The notes beneath the pieces were generated by a model. The model worked only from the letters and a program-made list of their open reading frames with translations. It ran no database searches and was not told where the DNA came from. From an uncultured Pseudomonadota bacterium (GTDB lineage Bacteria; Pseudomonadota; Alphaproteobacteria; RF32; CAG-239), in assembly GCA_949295935.1 (NCBI GenBank), contig CASFMW010000001.1, positions 2,038 to 66,037 on the forward strand: DNA of 64,000 nt, given 5' to 3'. Every line of letters begins with the position of its first letter. The stretch's first letter is position 1. The translations under genes were made by a program, and so were the position numbers. This document shows, one piece after another, positions 49,742 through 56,217 of the stretch.

Positions 49742-50227
49742 TTAAATAACTTTCACGTTCAAAATCCGAGACAATAAAGCTCTGTTTTCTTTCATCAAAT
49801 CAAAAGTAAGCTTGACATCACCGGTCTTTATGGTCTGATAGAGCAAAATCACAACATCGTTTCTTTTTTCTTTTTTTATAAAGACAAGATTAGCAAAATT
49901 TTTTTCAAATGTCCAAGAAGTATTATTCGGTTCGACAAGACGCACGGCAATAAATTTTCCTTCATGCTGTGTTATTGAAGTATTTGTCTCTTCAATATCA
50001 ACAAGAATAACCTCAGGAAAAGCTGCAAAAAACTTTTGTGATAAAGATTTTTTATAATCTACAGAAATATCACTGCCTGATTTTGTGGCCGGTTTAACAT
50101 TTTCAGGAGCAAAGATGGTTCGATTAAGAGCTTCATCTCTTTCTTCGATAATAAATTTTGCATTGGCAGTAAGAGGACCAATAATAAGTAATAAAGAAAA
50201 AGTCAGAAAAGTAACAAAAAATCTCAT
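49742..50227 (-). CDS. secreted protein, tandem paralog 1, unknown function
   Basis: It has a signal peptide (MRFFVTFLTFSLLLIIGPLTANA). The C-terminal block FIKKEKRNDVVILLYQTIKTGDVKLTFDLM...LLSRILNVKVI is shared with the product of 50347-50847. Confidence 0.6.
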   Translation of the reverse strand: MRFFVTFLTFSLLLIIGPLTANAKFIIEERDEALNRTIFAPENVKPATKSGSDISVDYKKSLSQKFFAAFPEVILVDIEETNTSITQHEGKFIAVRLVEPNNTSWTFEKNFANLVFIKKEKRNDVVILLYQTIKTGDVKLTFDLMKENRALLSRILNVKVI

Positions 50228-50346
50228 GAAAATCCCTAATGTGTTCTGTCTATTTTTGTGTTTTATGAAGGTATGATAGCACAAAATTAAAGAAAATAAA
50301 GTAAAACTTTTGTTACAAAATGTGACAAAAAATATTTCCAACGGTA

Positions 50347-50847
50347 TTATATAACTCTTACGTTAAGAATTCTTGAAAATAAAGCGCTTTGTCCGTTCAT
50401 CAAGTCAAAATTAAGGGTAGCTACACCGGAACCGATTGCGTGATAAAGCAAAATCAGTACACCGTTTCTTTTTTCTTTTTTTATAAATTTCAAATTAGAA
50501 GAAATATTTTCAAAGTTCCACAAAGTATCACCATGTTCCGTAACTCGAACGGCAAGATATTGTCCTTTATAAAGGCGAGTAGAGTTTTTTGCATGATCCA
50601 AGTCAACTAGAACAATTGCATTCTGTTGAGTTTTGAAATACTTGCTGGCAACAGCTTTACCAAAATCTTTTGTGGTTTTGTTTTGTTTATTTGAAGTCAT
50701 ATGAGGAGAAGGCTCAAAGTCTTGAGTAACAAACATATTTCTTTGCATTGCGGATCCAGCGGACTCAACGACAATGCCGGCACGAGCGTTAACAGAAGTC
50801 ATCAAGGCAAAAGATAAAATTGCCGAAAATAAAACTAAAGACCTCAT
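50347..50847 (-). CDS. secreted protein, tandem paralog 2, unknown function
   Basis: It has a signal peptide (MRSLVLFSAILSFALMTSVNARA). The C-terminal block is FIKKEKRNGVLILLYHAIGSGVATLNFDLM...LFSRILNVRVI. Confidence 0.6.
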   Translation of the reverse strand: MRSLVLFSAILSFALMTSVNARAGIVVESAGSAMQRNMFVTQDFEPSPHMTSNKQNKTTKDFGKAVASKYFKTQQNAIVLVDLDHAKNSTRLYKGQYLAVRVTEHGDTLWNFENISSNLKFIKKEKRNGVLILLYHAIGSGVATLNFDLMNGQSALFSRILNVRVI

Positions 50848-50981
50848 AATAACCTCCTTTCGCCTTCATTATACTTTGGTATAAATTCAGCAATGAGCTT
50901 TCTTATTTATTAAATTTATGATAGCATACAAACACTGAAAATAAAAGTTAAAGATTTGTAACAAATTTAAGGACAAACGAC

Positions 50982-51653
50982 GTGATAATAACAATAGACG
51001 GACCTGCTTCCGCAGGAAAAGGAACTCTGGCCGGAAAAATAGCACAAGAATATAAACTGGCATATTTTGACACAGGTATGGTTTATCGCGCCGTCGGGAT
51101 AGAAACTTTACTGGCTAATGTTTCTGCAGATAATGCTGATATGGCAGAAAAATTTGCCAAAGGACTGACTTTTCAAAGAATGATGGAATTGTCTAAAAAC
51201 CCATCTTTTCGCGGTCCCGAGGGTGGAAAAAGAGCCTCACTCGTTTCGGCGATTCCCTCTGTTCGTGCTGCACTGCTAAAAATGCAGCAAGATTTTTGCA
51301 AAAATCCGACTTTTGCAGATGGAAACAAAGCACAAGGTGTTGTCTATGATGGCCGCGACACCGGCACGGTTGTTTGTCCTCAAGCAGATGTAAAGCTTTT
51401 TGTAACAGCTTCGGCCGAGGCCAGAGCCCAACGTCGTTATAAAGAATATTGCGAAAAAGGGCTTAATACAAGCTATGAAGAGGTCTTAAACGACATTAAT
51501 CAGCGAGATAAGCGCGATTCGGAAAGAAGTGCCTCGCCGCTAAAGCCGGCCGCCGATGCCATAATTTTGGATACAACCCATCTCAGTATTGAAGATGTTT
51601 TTGAAAAAGCGAAAGAAATTATCGATTCACATCAAAAAAATCTTGCAATTTAA
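50982..51653 (+). CDS. cmk: cytidylate kinase
   Basis: GTG start. MIITIDGPASAGKGTLAGKIA...YFDTGMVYR...DGRDTGTVV...RDKRD. Confidence 0.93.
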   Translation: MIITIDGPASAGKGTLAGKIAQEYKLAYFDTGMVYRAVGIETLLANVSADNADMAEKFAKGLTFQRMMELSKNPSFRGPEGGKRASLVSAIPSVRAALLKMQQDFCKNPTFADGNKAQGVVYDGRDTGTVVCPQADVKLFVTASAEARAQRRYKEYCEKGLNTSYEEVLNDINQRDKRDSERSASPLKPAADAIILDTTHLSIEDVFEKAKEIIDSHQKNLAI

Positions 51654-51675
51654 TAAAATCACTATATAAGAATAA

Positions 51676-51714
51676 AGAGCAAAATCCTTAAGGTGCGTTA
51701 AGGGTTGCTCTTTG
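51676..51714 (+). terminator. possible cmk terminator / rpsA leader structure
   Basis: AGAGCAA..CCTTAA-GGTGCG-TTAAGG.TTGCTCT: an interrupted 13-bp stem followed by TTGTT. Confidence 0.35.
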
Positions 51715-51780
51715 TTATATATAAAACGCACAAGTCCGCTCCATTTTAGGAGGTCTGGCAGGTTAAGAAAATAAAATTAT

Positions 51781-53463
51781 ATGATAAATACAGAAATTAA
51801 AATTCCCGAAATGACCGAAGATTTTGAAGCGCTGATGAACGAACAGTTCGGCGACAAAGGGATTACCGGTTCCGTTGTAAAGGGAACAATCATCCGCGTA
51901 ACACCTGACTTTGCAACTGTTGATGTTGGCTTAAAGTCAGAAGGACGCATTCCTCTCCGTGAATTTGGTCAAAATGCGGAATTAAAAGTTGGCGATGTCG
52001 TAGAAGTTTATGTTGACCGCTATGAAGACAAAGACGGCAACATTGTTCTTTCAAGAGAAAAAGCTCGCCGCGAAGAAGCATGGCAAGATTTGGAAAAATC
52101 TATGAACGCTAATGAAAGAGTAAACGGTGTAATCTTTGGTCGTGTTAAAGGCGGCTTCACTGTTGACTTGAATGGCGCCATTGCTTTCTTGCCGGGTTCT
52201 CAAATTGACATCCGCCCGATTCGCGATATCACTCCGTTAATGGGAATTTCTCAACCTTTCCAAATCTTGAAGATGGACAAGGTAAGAGGCAACATCGTTG
52301 TTTCTCGCCGTGTTGTTCTTGAAGAAACCAGAGCTGAAGCTCGCGCTGAATTGATCAGTGACTTGAAGGAAGGTTCAGAACTCGAAGGTGTTGTTAAAAA
52401 CATCACCGATTACGGTGCATTCATTGACTTGGGTGGCGTTGACGGCTTATTGCACGTTACCGACATCTCTTGGAAGAGAATCAATCATCCGGCAGAAGTT
52501 TTGTCTGTTGGTCAGACCGTAAAAGTAAAGGTTATCAAATTCAACGAAGACAACCAACGCATTTCTTTGGGCATGAAGCAGCTTGAAGAAGATCCGTGGC
52601 AGCATGTTGCTGACAAATACAAAGTTGGTGAAATCTACAAAGGAAAAGTCACCAACATCACCGATTACGGTGCATTTGTTGAGCTTGAAGATGGTATCGA
52701 AGGCCTCGTTCATGTTTCTGAAATGAGCTGGACCCGTAAGAATGTTCATCCGGGTAAAATTGTTTCAACCTCTCAAGAAGTTGAAGTTAAAGTTCTCGAA
52801 GTTGATTCTGACAAGAGAAGAATCAGCTTGGGCATCAAACAATGCACCCCGAACCCATGGGCCGCTTATGTTGAAGAGCATCCAGTTGGATCAATCATTG
52901 AAGGCAAGATTAAAAACATTACCGAATTTGGTTTGTTCGTTGGCTTGTCTGATGAAATCGACGGTATGATTCACTTGTCAGATATCTCTTGGGATAAATC
53001 TGGTGAAGAGGCTGTTAAAGACTACACCAAGGGTCAAGACATCCAAGCTAAAATCATTGATGTTGATGTTGAAAAAGAGAGAATTTCTCTCGGTATTAAA
53101 CAGTTGACCGAAGACGCTGTTTCTGGTGCACTGGAAGGCATCAAAAAAGGCGACATCGTTAAAGCAACTGTTGTCAGTACCGATGAAAAAGGTGTCAATG
53201 TTGAAGTAAACGGCATTTCTGCTACCATCAAAAAAGCAGACTTGTCAAAAGACAAAGCTGAACAAAATCCGGAAAACTACAAAGCCGGTGATGTTGTAGA
53301 AGCTAAGATTACATCTGTTGACAAGAAAAACAACAAGATTGGCATTTCAATCAAAGCTCTCGAAATTGATGAAGAAAAGAAGGTTTTGGAAGAATATTCT
53401 AACACCTCTTCCGGCTCAACTTTGGGAGATGCTTTGGGTGAAGCTCTGAAGAAAAATGCTTAA
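51781..53463 (+). CDS. rpsA: 30S ribosomal protein S1
   Basis: The 560-aa product has six S1 (OB) repeats, e.g. GVVKNITDYGAFIDLGGVDGLLHVTDISW and GKVTNITDYGAFVELEDGIEGLVHVSEMSW. Confidence 0.97.
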   Translation: MINTEIKIPEMTEDFEALMNEQFGDKGITGSVVKGTIIRVTPDFATVDVGLKSEGRIPLREFGQNAELKVGDVVEVYVDRYEDKDGNIVLSREKARREEAWQDLEKSMNANERVNGVIFGRVKGGFTVDLNGAIAFLPGSQIDIRPIRDITPLMGISQPFQILKMDKVRGNIVVSRRVVLEETRAEARAELISDLKEGSELEGVVKNITDYGAFIDLGGVDGLLHVTDISWKRINHPAEVLSVGQTVKVKVIKFNEDNQRISLGMKQLEEDPWQHVADKYKVGEIYKGKVTNITDYGAFVELEDGIEGLVHVSEMSWTRKNVHPGKIVSTSQEVEVKVLEVDSDKRRISLGIKQCTPNPWAAYVEEHPVGSIIEGKIKNITEFGLFVGLSDEIDGMIHLSDISWDKSGEEAVKDYTKGQDIQAKIIDVDVEKERISLGIKQLTEDAVSGALEGIKKGDIVKATVVSTDEKGVNVEVNGISATIKKADLSKDKAEQNPENYKAGDVVEAKITSVDKKNNKIGISIKALEIDEEKKVLEEYSNTSSGSTLGDALGEALKKNA

Positions 53464-53484
53464 GTCATAAGTGTTTTTAGGAAA

Positions 53485-53510
53485 GCTCCGAAGAGATTCG
53501 GAGCTTTTTT
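53485..53510 (+). terminator. rpsA terminator
   Basis: GCTCCGAA-GAGA-TTCGGAGC followed by TTTTTT. Confidence 0.8.
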
Positions 53511-53530
53511 GTTAAGCAGAAAGATAAAAT

Positions 53531-53560
53531 TTCTTGCAATTTAGCAAAATAAATTATAAT
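53531..53560 (+). promoter_or_regulatory. promoter of the (now truncated) tRNA-Arg gene
   Basis: TTCTTGCAA holds overlapping -35 candidates 15-18 nt upstream of a perfect TATAAT (53555-53560), which ends 13 nt before the tRNA 5' end. The block AATTATAATCAA and its spacing are shared with the promoter of the intact tRNA-Arg at 55863-55939. Confidence 0.55.
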
Positions 53561-53573
53561 CAAGAAAAAGGCA

Positions 53574-53617
53574 GCCGGCGTAGCTCATCAGGATAGAGCA
53601 ACAGTTTCCTAAACTGT
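53574..53617 (+). pseudogene. truncated tRNA-Arg(CCT): 5' 44 nt only (acceptor 5' arm, D arm, anticodon arm)
   Basis: GCCGGCG-TA-GCTC-ATCAGGATA-GAGC-A-ACAGT-TTCCTAA-ACTGT is followed by non-tRNA sequence (TGCTCGTTATTTTTTAAT). There is no T arm and no CGCCGGC acceptor 3' arm anywhere downstream in the window. Confidence 0.8.
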
Positions 53618-53632
53618 TGCTCGTTATTTTTT
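53596..53632 (+). terminator. terminator-like hairpin created at the tRNA/island junction
   Basis: GAGCAACAGT-TTCCTAA-ACTGTTGCTC is a perfect 10-bp stem. It extends the anticodon stem using the D-stem 3' strand and island-side bases, and is followed by GTTATTTTTT. Confidence 0.5.
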
Positions 53633-53772
53633 AATATTTCAGCTTGCCTTTTCATCTTATTGTAATATACTGTTTTACATAGAAATTTAATAATACTTCT
53701 TCATCGCTTGCTTTACTTGATTTTCTCAAAATAGATAAAAAAGTAGGCACTGTGTAGGCACGGAATAGACAC

Positions 53773-54927
53773 ATGGATAAGAAATTCAAATTCACAAATG
53801 CAAATATTAAAAACTTACCAGCTCCGACAAAAAGGACTTTTGTTTATGATACAATAGAGGTTGGTTTGTCGCTTCAAATAACCCCAAACGGAGCGAAGAG
53901 CTTTTACTACCGAGGAGTTGTTTTAGGAAAACAGATACGCGTTAAGCTCGGAGAGCCTTCCTATATGAGTGTTGACGATGCCCGACAAGCCGCTCGTAAG
54001 GCCAAAATCAATATGAAAGAAGGTATCAACCCTATTGAGGAACGAAAAAAGATAACGGGCGAATCCTCTCTTGAACAATTATATACTCGTTTTATGGATG
54101 AAAAAGAACAACATATCCGTCCGATAACAATGGAATATTATAAGGATTTGTGGAAACGTTATCTATCTACACTTGCCAATAAGAAAATATCCCAAATAAC
54201 ACCTGACGAACTTAAGATACTTCATAAAAGATTGACATTGAACAATGGTAAGCGTTGTGCAAATCAAACAATCGTTCTTCTGCGAACCATTTATAACCAT
54301 TTCATCAAACAAAACATATATCAGGGATTTAATCCGGGCAATGCCGTGCAGCTTAACAAGCAAATCGCAAGAACAAGGCATCTAAGCGGAAATGAATTAG
54401 AATCGTTTAGAGATGCTATCAATGAAACTGAGGATTCTATACCAAAATTTGCAATTATGATGCTTTGGTTTACAGGAGCAAGAAGACGTAATGTCTTTTC
54501 AATGAAATGGGAAGACATTAAACTTGAAGAAAAGCTTTGGACGATTCCCGAAACAAAAACCCAAAATGACGCTAATGTTGTTTTAGTAAATGCAGCAATA
54601 GATATTCTCAATCAATTAAAAGATATGAGATACAATGAATATGTGTTTTTCTCGACAACATCCAAAAGTGGACATATTGGCGGAGTTCGAAAGACGTGGG
54701 AAGGAATCTTAAAGAGAGCAAAAATAACCAATTTTCACCTGCATGATTTAAGACATACCTTTGCGACATCATTATTAGCCAATGGGGCTGATGCTTTTAT
54801 GGTCAAAAAAGCCCTCACCCACAAATCATTACAGAGCACGCAAATCTATGTAAATCTGGAAGTTGATGATTTACGAGAAAAACTAAATGAAACCGTTAAT
54901 AAAATGATTGGAAAGAAAGATGAGTAA
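53773..54927 (+). CDS. int: tyrosine recombinase / phage-type integrase (P4-like, with a DUF4102 arm-binding N-domain)
   Basis: The N-terminal region is FKFTNANIKNLPAPTKRTFVYDTIEVGLSLQITPNGAKSFYYR. The catalytic residues are in TGARRRNV (Arg), HLHDLRHTFAT (His-x-x-Arg) and TQIYVN (Tyr). It lies about 155 nt downstream of the tRNA remnant in the same orientation. Confidence 0.92.
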   Translation: MDKKFKFTNANIKNLPAPTKRTFVYDTIEVGLSLQITPNGAKSFYYRGVVLGKQIRVKLGEPSYMSVDDARQAARKAKINMKEGINPIEERKKITGESSLEQLYTRFMDEKEQHIRPITMEYYKDLWKRYLSTLANKKISQITPDELKILHKRLTLNNGKRCANQTIVLLRTIYNHFIKQNIYQGFNPGNAVQLNKQIARTRHLSGNELESFRDAINETEDSIPKFAIMMLWFTGARRRNVFSMKWEDIKLEEKLWTIPETKTQNDANVVLVNAAIDILNQLKDMRYNEYVFFSTTSKSGHIGGVRKTWEGILKRAKITNFHLHDLRHTFATSLLANGADAFMVKKALTHKSLQSTQIYVNLEVDDLREKLNETVNKMIGKKDE

Positions 54928-55861
54928 GCCCTATAACCCAACAAAACATTTGAAACTAAACAAATTTAAGCAAGAAGGTTATGCTTACTTTGAAAACATA
55001 GATTTTTCTGCTTCTGATAATAAAGATATATTAGCGACAATGCTTTTAGATTTTCCAAGGATTGTTTTTCAAAAATGTATTTTCAAATCTCTTATAGCAA
55101 CCAAACAGATTTTTAACGCTACCATATCTTTTGATGAATGTAAGTTTACGGCTGAAGTTGACTTTAGCGAATCCATATTTAATAAAGTTGTATCTTTTAA
55201 GAACTCTTCCTTCCATGGCAAAACTTTGTTTATAAACACTGTATTTAAAAGCACTTTGGAGTTCTTTAATAATGTAATCAAGCCTAATATAAAAGGCGAA
55301 GTCAGCTTCAAAGTAGATAAAGCCATTAAGGAAAGTGATGTTTTCAGCGGTCTTCAATTCAACAATGTTAAGTTTGGAACTGAGACATCTTTCTTTGGTA
55401 GGGACTTTGGTCTTGTTGGCTTTCTTAAAAATACAGAGTTTGGGGATTTGTTTTGGATGACAAAATCTTCATTCGGAGAGAAGTTTGAAATGACAAACCT
55501 TAACTTCACAGGAGCAAAAAGAACCGAGTTTCTAAAATGCTTGGAAATATTCAAGAATTCGCTCAAACGCTCTTCTTTTGACTTATATGCTGATGAAGTA
55601 AACAAATACGAAGAGCTTATGAGAAGTAAGGTTTCACAACCCGTCATAAATATTCATAATATGCCGATTCCTGAAATACCTGTCAAAGAAGGTGATTATA
55701 ATCTATATACGACTGAAGAAGCTGCCACGATTCTCCATGTAAAACAAAATACTTTGGAAAGATGGCGTTGTGAAAGGAAAGGCCCCAAAGCAACCAAAAT
55801 AGGCCGTAAAGTTTTTTATAAGAAATGTGATTTAGATGAATATATAAACAAATATAAATAA
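54920..55861 (+). CDS. fusion protein: Phe-centred 5/6-residue repeat (pentapeptide-repeat-like beta-solenoid) + C-terminal excisionase/MerR-type HTH
   Basis: The ATG at 54920 overlaps the int stop (gATGAGTAA). Residues about 60-190 show Phe every 5-6 residues (CKFTAEVDFSESIFNKVVSFKNSSFHGKTLFINTVFKSTLEFF...). The C-terminus LYTTEEAATILHVKQNTLERWRCERKGPKATKIGRKVFYKKCDLDEYI is typical of Xis/AlpA-type HTH domains. Confidence 0.6.
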   Translation: MSKPYNPTKHLKLNKFKQEGYAYFENIDFSASDNKDILATMLLDFPRIVFQKCIFKSLIATKQIFNATISFDECKFTAEVDFSESIFNKVVSFKNSSFHGKTLFINTVFKSTLEFFNNVIKPNIKGEVSFKVDKAIKESDVFSGLQFNNVKFGTETSFFGRDFGLVGFLKNTEFGDLFWMTKSSFGEKFEMTNLNFTGAKRTEFLKCLEIFKNSLKRSSFDLYADEVNKYEELMRSKVSQPVINIHNMPIPEIPVKEGDYNLYTTEEAATILHVKQNTLERWRCERKGPKATKIGRKVFYKKCDLDEYINKYK

Positions 55862-55862
55862 A

Positions 55863-55939
55863 TGGCGTCAGCGGCGGGACTTGAACCCACTACCCCTGGT
55901 TTAGGAAACCAGTGCTCTATCCGGATGAGCTACGCTGAC
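55863..55939 (-). tRNA. tRNA-Arg (anticodon CCT), intact
   Basis: The reverse complement reads GTCAGCG-TA-GCTC-ATCCGGATA-GAGC-A-CTGGT-TTCCTAA-ACCAG-GGGTA-GTGGG-TTCAAGT-CCCGC-CGCTGAC-G-CCA. All stems pair. Its 3' end lies 1 nt from the stop codon of the 54920-55861 CDS. Confidence 0.93.
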
Positions 55940-56217
55940 TACCTAGCCTTTGATTATAATTAAAAAAAATAAAAAGCAAGTTAAAATTATATATTTTTAA
56001 GCCATCTTTTGCTCTTTGTTTTAATTGGCCAAATATTAAACTGCTGCATGTTCCATATATAGGAATAAGAAAAAACACTCGTTATTATCTCCATCTGGGG
56101 ATTACATAACAAATAGGATAAAGAAAGTAATTATAATTAAACAGATATTCTTATTGAAAAATCAACCTTTTTACTTTAGGCTCCAAGTATTACAGCTAAA
56201 ATAGATTGGGAATAAAA

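Noticed and set aside
53618-55862. The int-xis segment as a self-contained 2.2-kb mobile element bounded by att repeats.
   Set aside because: The flanking tRNA-Arg sequences are inverted rather than direct and differ in sequence. No direct repeat of either tRNA 3' end is present, so the element boundaries cannot be defined from this window.
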